Part shown: positions 1 through 9,017 of the stretch, piece by piece
How positions within the stretch are numbered: the stretch's first letter is position 1
Layout of the letters: each line of letters starts with the position of its first letter
DNA from: an uncultured delta proteobacterium
GTDB taxonomy: Bacteria > Myxococcota_A > Polyangia > Fen-1088
DNA length: 64,000 nucleotides
Direction: 5' to 3'
Assembly: GCA_963755125.1 (NCBI GenBank)
Contig: CAVWIP010000008.1
Span: 192,001-256,000 of the forward strand
The notes under the pieces: generated by a model
The model's input: only the letters and a program-made list of their open reading frames with translations
What the model was told of the DNA's origin: nothing
Databases searched by the model: none
Made by a program: the position numbers and the translations under genes

Positions 1-177
1 GCGGTGCCCACTCTGGTCGTGGTTGGCAGCGACGACGCGCTTTCCTCGCCAGCGGAGGCCCGCGTCATGGCCGCGGCCATGCCCGACGCGCGGGTGGTGG
101 AGATCCCCGGCGCCGCTCACTTGTCCAACCTGGAGAATCCAGACGCCTTCAGCGCTGCGCTGGCAGGATTTGCCTAG
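1..177 (+). CDS. Alpha/beta hydrolase, C-terminal fragment (enol-lactonase-like)
   Basis: Frame 1 reads AVPTLVVVGSDDALS...EIPGAAHLSNLENPDAF..* with the acid and His motifs of alpha/beta hydrolases; runs off the window start. Confidence 0.8.
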   Translation, partial: AVPTLVVVGSDDALSSPAEARVMAAAMPDARVVEIPGAAHLSNLENPDAFSAALAGFA

Positions 178-443
178 AAGAGCGGCGAAGGGCCATGCGA
201 ACTTCAGCCCTTTCTTCGTCTTCCGGCGCGACCCCACCCGGACCGCATGCGTCAACGAAGAGACGCCCAGGCCGGAATTTTCTCCCTTGGACTTTTCGGT
301 ATCGCGGGCCACAATTACAGAACATGTTGTTCCCGCCCTTCGGCTGGAGTCAGCCCCTTACAGACTCGCCAACTTCTGGGCTTCCACGCGCGAGTCGCAT
401 AAGAGTGAGGCGCTTTGCCGGCCCGGCCGCCTATGCGGGCGCC

Positions 444-1301
444 ATGGACCCAATTCGCATCGCGCACCTGACAGACCAGCACGTGGGCCGGATCACGCCG
501 TGGGCGATTCAGCGTGAAGCGGTGGCGCTGACCAACGCCGAGCGCCCGGATCTGGTTGTCATCACCGGGGACTTCGTGTGCCACAGTCAGACCTATCTCG
601 ACCAGCTTATCGAGCTGGTGCGCGCCTTCCGCGCGCCCGTGATCGGCGTGCTGGGAAACCACGACCATTGGGCAGGCGCCGATGAAGTGGCGGCCTCTCT
701 GCGACGGGGTGGCGTCGAAGTTCTGCGCAACGACAGCACCATCATCACCATTCGCCGGCAGCGGCTGCAAATCGTGGGTCTCGACGACGCGTACACCGGC
801 CACGCACACATCGAAGAAGCCGTGGCCGGCTTGCGCCGCGATCTTCCTGTGCTGGCGCTGTCCCACATCGCCGAGGAGGCCGACCAGCTTTGGCAGCACG
901 GCATCCCGCTGGTACTGGCCGGACACACCCATGGCGGCCAGATAACCGTGGCGCGCCTTAACGACATTGCCGTCGGAAAAATAGCCGGCCACAAATACGT
1001 GCACGGCCTCTATGGCACGCGCCAGCCGCATCGAGGCGCGGTGGTGACCGGTGCGGTCTACGTGGGGGCCGGCATCGGCGCCTCGGTCATGCCGATTCGC
1101 ATCGGCGAGCGCGGCAAGCGCGAGATCACCGTATTCGAGTTTGGTCGCCGGCCAGGCGAATTCGAGGAACCGGATCGCGAACAGGCTCCCCTGCCCGGTC
1201 GCGCGCCGTCGCTGCGAAAGATGCGCCGCCGGGCCGAAAAGGTCATTCGCAGACGTTTCCGACGGTCGCTACGACGGACGGTCGAGATGGACCGAGTCTA
1301 G
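444..1301 (+). CDS. Metallophosphoesterase (calcineurin-like, YkuE/YaeI type)
   Basis: Motifs DQH, TGDFV, GNHD, LSH, GHTHGG; start placed at ATG 444 within ORF 195..1301. Confidence 0.9.
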   Translation: MDPIRIAHLTDQHVGRITPWAIQREAVALTNAERPDLVVITGDFVCHSQTYLDQLIELVRAFRAPVIGVLGNHDHWAGADEVAASLRRGGVEVLRNDSTIITIRRQRLQIVGLDDAYTGHAHIEEAVAGLRRDLPVLALSHIAEEADQLWQHGIPLVLAGHTHGGQITVARLNDIAVGKIAGHKYVHGLYGTRQPHRGAVVTGAVYVGAGIGASVMPIRIGERGKREITVFEFGRRPGEFEEPDREQAPLPGRAPSLRKMRRRAEKVIRRRFRRSLRRTVEMDRV

Positions 1302-2257
1302 CTTTTCAGAATCGTCACCAGTTCGGCCGCGATCTGGCGCGCCCGTTCGACTTCGCCCTTGGGCAGCGAAATGGCGCCCACCGCCGGGTGCCCGCCGCCG
1401 CCGTAGCGTTCACACAGCCTGGCAATATCATGCGTGCGCGGCACAGGCGGCCAGGGATTGGAGCCGACCGATACCTTCATGCGCTTGCCCGGCGACAGGA
1501 CCGTGACCGCGTAGCGTGCGTCGGGATAGAGGTAATAGACGATGAACTTGTTCACCGAGGTGATGGGTTCCTGCGAAAGATCGGTGATCACCACCCCCTG
1601 CTCCATGCGCGCCAGGCGGCGGATCGCTTCTACGTTTCTTTCGTGCCCGTTGAGCAGCCCAGCCAGTGGCCCGGCCACATAGGGACTGGCGGCAATTTCA
1701 GCCAGCGGCTTGGACACCACGTCGGCGATGAACCGCTCGGAGAGAACGCGGTCGCGGTTGGCTTCAATCCAGGTCATCAGGCGCAAGGCGGGCTCGCGCA
1801 ATTCCACAGCCTGGGCCGCTGATTCAAAAAGCGCGCCGTCGATGATTTCGGCCCAGTGAAGGAGTTCCTGAAGTTGCGAGATGTCGAACCCGAATTTCTC
1901 GGCCACGGTATAGGCCAGAAAGCGCGTGCAGCTCTTGGCGCTCGGGTCGTAGAATTTTTGGCCGCTTCGGTCGGCGCGGAAGTGGGCTTCGTCCGCGGCG
2001 CTCTGGAAGGTGGAGACGTGGTGGTCGAACCACCAGTGCAAACGTGGGTCAGAGGTGTAACGGAAGTCCACGCAGGCGTTCACGTCACCGTCGAGCGACT
2101 CGGGTGGAATGGCGGGCCCAGCTTCCTTGTGGTCCATGGGCGTGAAGGTCACGTCCACGGGTTCCCGCGCCACGCACTCGCGAAAGAAACGGGCGAACAC
2201 GCCGGCCGAGCTGGCGCCGTCGAAACAACTGCCGTGGTGAAGAATGCGCAGACGCAT
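1298..2257 (-). CDS. DHH/DHHA1 family phosphoesterase
   Basis: CFDG, VDF, FDHH and C-terminal GGGGHPAVG motifs. Confidence 0.85.
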   Translation of the reverse strand: MRLRILHHGSCFDGASSAGVFARFFRECVAREPVDVTFTPMDHKEAGPAIPPESLDGDVNACVDFRYTSDPRLHWWFDHHVSTFQSAADEAHFRADRSGQKFYDPSAKSCTRFLAYTVAEKFGFDISQLQELLHWAEIIDGALFESAAQAVELREPALRLMTWIEANRDRVLSERFIADVVSKPLAEIAASPYVAGPLAGLLNGHERNVEAIRRLARMEQGVVITDLSQEPITSVNKFIVYYLYPDARYAVTVLSPGKRMKVSVGSNPWPPVPRTHDIARLCERYGGGGHPAVGAISLPKGEVERARQIAAELVTILKS

Positions 2258-2371
2258 CTTCAGAACTTAGAGCGCCCACCACCCCTCGGCAAGCCGCATT
2301 GCCAACCCGGCGAGGACGGCGGCTCCGCTTCCTCCTCGACGCCGGGGCTGCTCTCCAGTAGAAATCACGAC

Positions 2372-4183
2372 ATGCCTGAGTTTCTCAAAGACATAAAACG
2401 CACCCACGACTGCGGTGCCTTGCGCGCCAGCGATGTGGACAAACCGGCGGTTCTCTTCGGCTGGGTTGCCTCTCGCCGCGATCACGGCGGGTGCGTGTTC
2501 ATCGACCTGCGCGACCGCGGCGGTATCACCCAGGTGATGTTTGAACCAGGGGTCAGCGCGGAGGCCCATGCCCTGGCCGGCGAGCTGCGTTCCGAATTCT
2601 GCATCGGCGTGGCGGGCGTGGTTCACGACCGCGCCGAACGACGCAACCCCAACATGCCTACAGGCGAGGTGGAGCTGCACTGTGACCAGCTCACCATCTT
2701 CTCGCGCTCTGACACGCCGCCCTTCGAGATTGTCGACGACAGCGCGGCCAACGAGATGGTGAGACTCAAGTACCGCGCGCTCGATCTGCGCCGTCCGTCC
2801 CTGCAGCGCAACTTCCTGCTGCGCTCGCAGATCTACCAGACCGCGCGCCGGGTGCTTTCCGGCCATCGCTTCCTGGAAATCGAGACGCCCTTCCTGGTCA
2901 AGTACACGCCGGGCGGCGCGCGCAATTTCCTGGTGCCTTCGCGCCTGACGCCCGGGACGTTCTACGCCCTGGCCGAGTCGCCGCAGCTTTTCAAGCAGCT
3001 CTTCATGGTGGCGGGCTTCGATCGCTACTTCCAGATCGTCCGCTGCTTCCGCGACGAGGATCTGCGCCAGGACCGGCAACCCGAGTTCACCCAGATCGAC
3101 CTCGAGATGAGCTTCGTGGTCGAGGAGGACGTGCAGGCGGTGGTGGAGAGCTTGATGGTTGCGCTGTGGAAGGACGTGCTCAACCTCGACGTCGCGGCGC
3201 CTTTCCCGCGCCTTTCGTTCGCCGAGGCCATGGCGCTCTACGGTTCGGACAAACCCGACCTGCGCTTCGGCCTGCCCCTGTGCGATGTCAGCGACGTGGT
3301 TCGCAAGCACAACGGCGGCAACGTGGACATGCTGCAAAAAGCGATCACGGCGACGGGTCCCGAGCCTGCGGCGGTCAAGGCCTGGCGTCTGCCAGCGGCC
3401 GACGCCTCAAAGATGTCCAACGCGGAAGTCGACAAGCTGGAGGACTACGTCAAGGGTCTGGGCGCCCGCGGCCTGGCCCGCGCGCGCATCGGCGCGGGCG
3501 GCGCGTGGACCCGTTCGCCCATGAAGACCATGAGCGAGGCCATGCGCCAGGACCTGAACGCGGCCGCGGGCCTGCAGGAGGGCGATCTCTTCTTCTTGCA
3601 GTTCGGGGCGCGCAAGCTGGTCAACACGGTGCTGGGCGGTCTGCGCCTGCACGTGGCCAACAAGCTCGATCTGATCCCCAAGGACCAGTGGAAGTTCGCC
3701 TGGGTCACCGAGTTCCCGCTGCTCGAGCGCAGCGACGACGGAAAGCTAGTGGCGTCCCATCACCCGTTCACTTCTCCCATGGCCGAGGATCTCGACAAGC
3801 TGGAAAGCGCGCCCGCGGAGGTGCGCGCGCGTGCCTACGATCTCGTGCTCAACGGCAACGAGATCGCAGGCGGCAGCATCCGTATCCATCGCGGCGACGT
3901 TCAGTCACGCGTGTTCAAGGCCATCGGCCTCACCGAAGAGGACGCACGCGCCAAGTTCGGCTTTCTGCTGGACGCCTTCCGCCACGGACCACCGCCGCAC
4001 GGTGGAATCGCGGCCGGACTCGACCGGCTGGCCATGCTTCTGTGCGGCGCCGATTCGCTACGCGACGTGATCGCCTTCCCCAAGACGCAGAAGGGGACAG
4101 ACCTCTGCACCGAGGCGCCGGCCGCGGTCACCAGCAAGCAACTGGAAGAGCTGCACATCGCGCTCACCCACGTCGAGCCGTAG
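2372..4183 (+). CDS. aspS: Aspartate--tRNA ligase
   Basis: RTHDCG, RDHGG..FIDLRD, motif 2 FRDEDLR..RQPEFTQIDLEMSF, motif 3 PPHGGIAAGLDR, VIAFPKT. Confidence 0.97.
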   Translation: MPEFLKDIKRTHDCGALRASDVDKPAVLFGWVASRRDHGGCVFIDLRDRGGITQVMFEPGVSAEAHALAGELRSEFCIGVAGVVHDRAERRNPNMPTGEVELHCDQLTIFSRSDTPPFEIVDDSAANEMVRLKYRALDLRRPSLQRNFLLRSQIYQTARRVLSGHRFLEIETPFLVKYTPGGARNFLVPSRLTPGTFYALAESPQLFKQLFMVAGFDRYFQIVRCFRDEDLRQDRQPEFTQIDLEMSFVVEEDVQAVVESLMVALWKDVLNLDVAAPFPRLSFAEAMALYGSDKPDLRFGLPLCDVSDVVRKHNGGNVDMLQKAITATGPEPAAVKAWRLPAADASKMSNAEVDKLEDYVKGLGARGLARARIGAGGAWTRSPMKTMSEAMRQDLNAAAGLQEGDLFFLQFGARKLVNTVLGGLRLHVANKLDLIPKDQWKFAWVTEFPLLERSDDGKLVASHHPFTSPMAEDLDKLESAPAEVRARAYDLVLNGNEIAGGSIRIHRGDVQSRVFKAIGLTEEDARAKFGFLLDAFRHGPPPHGGIAAGLDRLAMLLCGADSLRDVIAFPKTQKGTDLCTEAPAAVTSKQLEELHIALTHVEP

Positions 4184-4187
4184 CGCC

Positions 4188-5810
4188 ATGACAGGGGGAG
4201 GCTGGCGGGAGACCGCGCGACGCCGGCTCGAGGACGAGACATTCGATCTGCTGGTGGTGGGCGGGGGCGCCACCGGAGCCGCCATCGCTCGCGACGCCGC
4301 CACGCGCGGCCTGCACGTGGCCCTGTGTGAACGCGGCGACTTCGCCAGCCAGACCTCCAGCCAGTCGTCAAAACTCATTCACGGGGGCCTGCGCTACCTG
4401 CAACATGGCAACTTCCATCTGGTGTTCGAGTCCCTGGCCGAACGCCGTCGCTTGCTCAAGACCGCCCCGCACCTGTGTCGCCCGAGGGAGTTTCTCTATC
4501 CGACCTACGCCGGCCGCTTTCCTTCACCGAGGCTGCTGTCCCTGGGCGTGGGCCTGTACGACGCGCTTGCCCTCTGGCAACCGCCGGTGCGCAGCCGCGT
4601 TCTTGACGCGCGCGAGGTCTATCGGCTGGTACCCGGGCTGCGCAGCACGGGTCTGCTGGGCGCGCAGCAGTACGTCGATTGCCAGACCGACGACGCGCGC
4701 CTGGTGCTGGAGAACGTGCTCGACGCAGTGACCGCCGGGGCCGTCGCGCTCTCCTATGTCGAAATCCAGCCCGACCACCGGGGCGCCGACAGCTTCCGCG
4801 TGGCGCACGCGGTGGATCGTGACCAGGGCGACAAGTTCGAAATTCGCGCACGTCTGCTGGTCAATGCCACCGGACCCTTCTGTGACAACTTCTCTGGCGG
4901 ACCGCCCAGACTGCGGCCCACCCTGGGCGTTCATCTGATGGTGGATGGGGATCGCCTGCCCACCTTCGGGCGGGCCGTGGTGGTGCATTCCCCGCACGAC
5001 GGTCGCCTGGTATTCGCCCTGCCAGCCGGTCGGCGCACCATGGTCGGGACCACCGAGACTGACTGGCCCTCGCTGCCGCCGCGGCCCGAGGACGAGATTC
5101 GCGCCCACGGCAGCGACGTGGACTACCTGCTGGAAACTGCAAACCACGCCTTCCCGCCTGCGGATCTGCAACCCAGCGACGTGATCTCGACCTTCGCCGG
5201 GCTGCGGCCTCTCATCGACCGCGGGCTAGCAACCCACGCAGCCACCTCACGCGAGCACGCGATCTGGTCGGGCACGAGTGGCTGGCTTCACGTGGCTGGT
5301 GGCAAACTGACCACCATGCGGGCCATGGCCGAAGAAGCCGTGGACCGCGCCATCGAGATGCTGCGCAACCGTGGATTTGCAGGCGTCCTGCGGCCCTGCC
5401 AGACTCGCGCACGTCCCCTGCCCGGTGCCGGAAAGGCCAAGTCTGATTTTCGAGCTCTTGCGCCTGACATCGTCACACACCTCAACGAAACATATGGGGC
5501 TCGCGTCGATCAGGTCTTCTCGCTGGTCGCCAGCGACTCCTCGCTGGGCCGGAAGCTCGACCCCGAGTTGCCTCACGTGGCCGCCGAGCTTGTGTTCGCA
5601 AGTCGTTCCGACCTTGCCTGCGAGGTGGAAGACGTGCTCCGGCGGCGCGTTCCGCTCGCACTCCTCAGCAAGACGCACGGTCTGGATGTGGCGGAAAAAA
5701 CCGCAACCCTGCTCGCACGCGAGCGGGGCTGGTCAGAGCAGCGCCGCACCCAGAGCGTGCTTCAATATCGCACCGCAGTCTCTGCATTGCGCGCGTGGCA
5801 GGCTGACTGA
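4188..5810 (+). CDS. glpD: FAD-dependent glycerol-3-phosphate dehydrogenase/oxidase
   Basis: GGGATG FAD motif, TSSQSSKLIHGGLRYL, DDARL, AGLRPL, GGKLTT. Confidence 0.92.
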   Translation: MTGGGWRETARRRLEDETFDLLVVGGGATGAAIARDAATRGLHVALCERGDFASQTSSQSSKLIHGGLRYLQHGNFHLVFESLAERRRLLKTAPHLCRPREFLYPTYAGRFPSPRLLSLGVGLYDALALWQPPVRSRVLDAREVYRLVPGLRSTGLLGAQQYVDCQTDDARLVLENVLDAVTAGAVALSYVEIQPDHRGADSFRVAHAVDRDQGDKFEIRARLLVNATGPFCDNFSGGPPRLRPTLGVHLMVDGDRLPTFGRAVVVHSPHDGRLVFALPAGRRTMVGTTETDWPSLPPRPEDEIRAHGSDVDYLLETANHAFPPADLQPSDVISTFAGLRPLIDRGLATHAATSREHAIWSGTSGWLHVAGGKLTTMRAMAEEAVDRAIEMLRNRGFAGVLRPCQTRARPLPGAGKAKSDFRALAPDIVTHLNETYGARVDQVFSLVASDSSLGRKLDPELPHVAAELVFASRSDLACEVEDVLRRRVPLALLSKTHGLDVAEKTATLLARERGWSEQRRTQSVLQYRTAVSALRAWQAD

Positions 5811-5946
5811 CGCTACGAGCTATTAAGTGCGAATCTACCTGCGCACCAATCGACGTGATTACTCCGCCACTTACCATCCTGCGGGCGCATCTGGTGCGAA
5901 ATGAGCTACGCGCTGACGCAAAAATGCCGCTATTAGACAATAACAA

Positions 5947-5959
5947 AATCAACATGTTA
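5947..5959 (+). promoter_or_regulatory. IHF binding site
   Basis: AATCAACATGTTA matches WATCAANNNNTTR in an AT-rich patch just upstream of a sigma54 motif. Confidence 0.6.
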
Positions 5960-5974
5960 GCGTGTCATACCCAA

Positions 5975-5990
5975 TGGCACGGCCCGTGCT
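5975..5990 (+). promoter_or_regulatory. Sigma54 (-24/-12) promoter
   Basis: TGGCACGGCCCGTGCT has correct GG-N10-GC spacing, 35 nt upstream of a gene with a strong RBS. Confidence 0.7.
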
Positions 5991-6024
5991 TAGTGTGGCG
6001 GCAACCTTCTTGGGAGGAGGGTCC

Positions 6025-6219
6025 ATGTCTCAATCTCTGGCAACCGTGAATACCGCAGCGCCAGTCATTAGCAGGGAACGTGCCCTGAAGATCCTGTCCA
6101 AGTCCCTGTACCGGGATTTGCGCCAGAACGGCTACGAGCCAAAGCAGATTGTTGCCGTGGCGTCTGAGCTGATCAGCTTGGTCACGTCCGACATCAAAGA
6201 GGATGCGCAGCTCGTCTAG
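6025..6219 (+). CDS. Small hypothetical protein (64 aa)
   Basis: RBS GGAGGAGG, ATG 6025, amphipathic sequence ..ALKILSKSLYRDLRQNGYEPKQIVAVASELI.., followed by a terminator. Confidence 0.8.
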   Translation: MSQSLATVNTAAPVISRERALKILSKSLYRDLRQNGYEPKQIVAVASELISLVTSDIKEDAQLV

Positions 6220-6250
6220 CGCGCACCTCCTTTCACATAAGTCGTAGTTT

Positions 6251-6274
6251 GGGGGCCCACGGCCCCCTTTTTTT
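6251..6274 (+). terminator. Intrinsic terminator
   Basis: GGGGGCC-cac-GGCCCCC hairpin followed by T7. Confidence 0.85.
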
Positions 6275-6360
6275 GTCCAAGCGCCACTTCCCCTGGCAAG
6301 GCAACTGCCTGGGAATGGCCTGGAAACCAGAGCCCATTCCGTGTAAAAGCGGTCCCTCCC

Positions 6361-7545
6361 ATGGCGGCCAAGACCATCGCCGATCTGGACATTCAAGGCC
6401 GGCGGATCTTCATCCGCGTGGACTTCGATGTTCCGCTGACCCCAGCCGGCGGCGTGGCCGATGCTACGCGCATTCGAGAGAGCCTGCCTACCATCCGGCA
6501 CGCCATCGATCGTGGTGGACGGGTGGTGCTGGCCTCGCATCTCGGTCGGCCCAAGGGGAAACCGAACCCGGCATTCTCACTAATGCCGGTGGCCGCCTGC
6601 CTGGTTGAGTTTCTCGACCGAGACGTGGTGCTGGCCGATGAACCGGTGGGTGACGGCGCCAAGAAGGTCGTGGCCGACCTGCGCGACGGCGGCGTGGCCA
6701 TGCTGGAGAACCTGCGCTTCGCGTCCGGCGAAGAAGCCAACGACGAGACTTTCGCTCGCTCCCTCGCCGGCTACGCCGACGTCTACATCAACGATGCCTT
6801 CACGACCGCGCATTTGGCGCACGCCTCGACCGCCGGAATGACCAGGTTTGTTTCGGCCAAGGGCATGGGACTGACGATGGAGCGCGAGGTGAAGTTCCTT
6901 GGCCAGCTCGGTGGTGAGATCGCACGTCCGTTTGTCGCCATCCTCGGCGGTGCCAACCTTTCCGACAAGACGGGCCTGCTGGAAAGTCTCCTCGGTCGCG
7001 CCGACACCATCATCATCGGCGGCGCGTTGGCCAACACCTTCCTCAAGGCTCGAGGTGGCAACCTTGGCGCCACCCGCGTGGAAGGTGAGAAGCTGGCTTG
7101 GGCACGCGCCTTTCTGGCCAGGGCCGTCGACGCCCCGGTCGAGATTCTGTTGCCACGCGATCTTGTGGCGGCCTCCGGTCCGGAGGCGCTCGCAGGCCAG
7201 ACCGTGCCGGCAATGAAGGTCCCCTACGATCTGGAGGCACTGGATATCGGTCCTGAAACTGCGCAGCAGTTCGCGGAAACTTTGGCCCACGCCCGCACCG
7301 CGTTCTGGGACGGCCCCATGGGCTGGTTCGCTTCGGCGCCCTTTGCCCTCGGCACCATCGCCGTGGCCAGAGCCGTGGCCGCAGTGAAATTCGGTCTGAC
7401 CGTGGTGTGCGGTCCCGACTCGGTGGCCGCACTCGGCCGCGCCGGTGTATCCGAGCACATCACACACATCTCGACGGGCGGCTACGCAACTCTCGAGTTC
7501 ATCGAGGGCAAGAAGCTTCCCGCACTTGCCGCATTGGAGTCCTAG
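6361..7545 (+). CDS. pgk: Phosphoglycerate kinase family protein with degenerate active site
   Basis: Full-length PGK fold (SHLGRP, LENLRF, DIGP, HISTGG) upstream of tpiA, but several invariant residues are substituted (see findings). Confidence 0.9.
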   Translation: MAAKTIADLDIQGRRIFIRVDFDVPLTPAGGVADATRIRESLPTIRHAIDRGGRVVLASHLGRPKGKPNPAFSLMPVAACLVEFLDRDVVLADEPVGDGAKKVVADLRDGGVAMLENLRFASGEEANDETFARSLAGYADVYINDAFTTAHLAHASTAGMTRFVSAKGMGLTMEREVKFLGQLGGEIARPFVAILGGANLSDKTGLLESLLGRADTIIIGGALANTFLKARGGNLGATRVEGEKLAWARAFLARAVDAPVEILLPRDLVAASGPEALAGQTVPAMKVPYDLEALDIGPETAQQFAETLAHARTAFWDGPMGWFASAPFALGTIAVARAVAAVKFGLTVVCGPDSVAALGRAGVSEHITHISTGGYATLEFIEGKKLPALAALES

Positions 7546-7563
7546 GGTAGAAAGGAGTCTCTC

Positions 7564-8349
7564 ATGTCTCAACCTCGTGTGCCCCGACCGCTGTTTTGCG
7601 GAAACTGGAAGCTGTGGGGCAGTTTGTCCGAGTCAGTCGCTCTCGCCACCGGCGTGCGTGACGCCACCGCCGCTGTGAGCACGGTGGACGTGGCGGTGGG
7701 GCCCGGCTTCGTGGCCCTGGCCACGGTGGCCGAGAAGCTGAAGTCGAGCGCCCTCGGCGTGGCGGCCCAGGACGGCTACTGGGAGGTCAAAGGTGCTTTC
7801 ACCGGCGAGGTGGCCATGTCGCAGATCGCGGACGCGGGCGCGCGCTACGTGATCATCGGCCACTCGGAACGGCGCCAGTTCTTCTCCGAGACCGACGCGA
7901 ACGTGGCCCGCAAGGCCAAGGCCGCACTGGGCCTCCATTTGACCCCCATCGTTTGCATCGGCGAAACCCTGGCTGAACGCGACGCGGGCCAAGCGCTGAC
8001 GCGCGTGTCGAGCCAACTGGACGGCGCCACCCGCGAGCTTTCCGACGCCGAGCTGGTCAAGGTCGTGATCGCCTACGAGCCCGTGTGGGCCATCGGCACC
8101 GGCCGCAACGCCACGCCCGAGCAAGCGCAGGAGGTGCATGCCGCCATCCGCGTGCAGCTTGCTTCACGCCTGCAGGGCAAGGCGCGGGAGATACGGATTC
8201 TTTACGGTGGTAGCGTCAAGCCGGACAACGTGGCCAGCTTGATGGGCCAGAAGGACATCGACGGCGCACTGGTTGGCGGTGCGTCGCTGACTGTGGAATC
8301 ATTCGCCAAGCTGGTAAAGGAAGGGGCTTCCGCGTGTATACGTTCTTGA
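7564..8349 (+). CDS. tpiA: Triosephosphate isomerase
   Basis: [35 protein letters not shown]. Confidence 0.97.
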   Translation: MSQPRVPRPLFCGNWKLWGSLSESVALATGVRDATAAVSTVDVAVGPGFVALATVAEKLKSSALGVAAQDGYWEVKGAFTGEVAMSQIADAGARYVIIGHSERRQFFSETDANVARKAKAALGLHLTPIVCIGETLAERDAGQALTRVSSQLDGATRELSDAELVKVVIAYEPVWAIGTGRNATPEQAQEVHAAIRVQLASRLQGKAREIRILYGGSVKPDNVASLMGQKDIDGALVGGASLTVESFAKLVKEGASACIRS

Positions 8350-9008
8350 CAGTTCTGCACGTCGTCGTTTGCATCTTCTTGATGCTGGTGGTTCTCCTCC
8401 AGGCCGGACGCGGCGGGGGCATGGGCATCGCTTTCGGCGGCAGTGGTGGCAGCCAGTCGGTATTTGGATCATCCGGGGGCGCGAACTTCTTGACCAGGAT
8501 GACGGCGGTATGCGCCTTCATCTTCTTCGCCAATTCGCTGACCCTGGCCTACATGTCCAGCCAGTCCGATTCGCGGCGTTTGCAGAAGATCGCTGCAAAA
8601 AAGGCGGCCGACAAGAAGGCGGAAGATGCGACCAAGGCCAAGCTGGCCAGCGCTCTGGAAAAAGCCCGCGAGGAGGCAGAGAAGGCCAAGTCGGTGATAC
8701 CCGACGGTGCCGCAGGCGCTGTGTCTCCCACCGCGACCGAGACCAAGGCGACTGACGAGAAGCCGGTCGTGCCCGGAAGGGCAGCCGTTGACAAGGCATT
8801 GCTCGAAAAGCCAGCATTCAAGCTCAAGATGCCGGGCGGTGAGACCACCGCGCCCGCCGACAAACCAGCGCCGGTCAAGAAGGCCGTGCGCGTTCCAAAG
8901 CCAGCCCCGAGCGATGAGTCTGAGCCCGCCCCGAAGCCAGTCCCGGCCGAAAAGGCGGCAGCCCCCGAGAAAAAGCCACCGGTAGCGCCGGCCCCGGCAC
9001 AGCCGTAA
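8334..9008 (+). CDS. secG: Preprotein translocase SecG with long C-terminal extension
   Basis: LVVLLQAGRGGG..FG..SQSVFGSSGGANFLTRMT; position after tpiA; ~140-aa K/P/A/E-rich tail. Confidence 0.9.
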   Translation: MYTFLTVLHVVVCIFLMLVVLLQAGRGGGMGIAFGGSGGSQSVFGSSGGANFLTRMTAVCAFIFFANSLTLAYMSSQSDSRRLQKIAAKKAADKKAEDATKAKLASALEKAREEAEKAKSVIPDGAAGAVSPTATETKATDEKPVVPGRAAVDKALLEKPAFKLKMPGGETTAPADKPAPVKKAVRVPKPAPSDESEPAPKPVPAEKAAAPEKKPPVAPAPAQP

Positions 9009-9017
9009 ACTGTGCGA

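Noticed and set aside
1856..2371. Long N-terminal extensions on aspS and on ORFs 28416, 35135, 55949 and 21682(-)
   Set aside because: They overlap neighbouring genes or precede clear RBS/signal-peptide starts; typical open-frame artefacts of high-GC DNA
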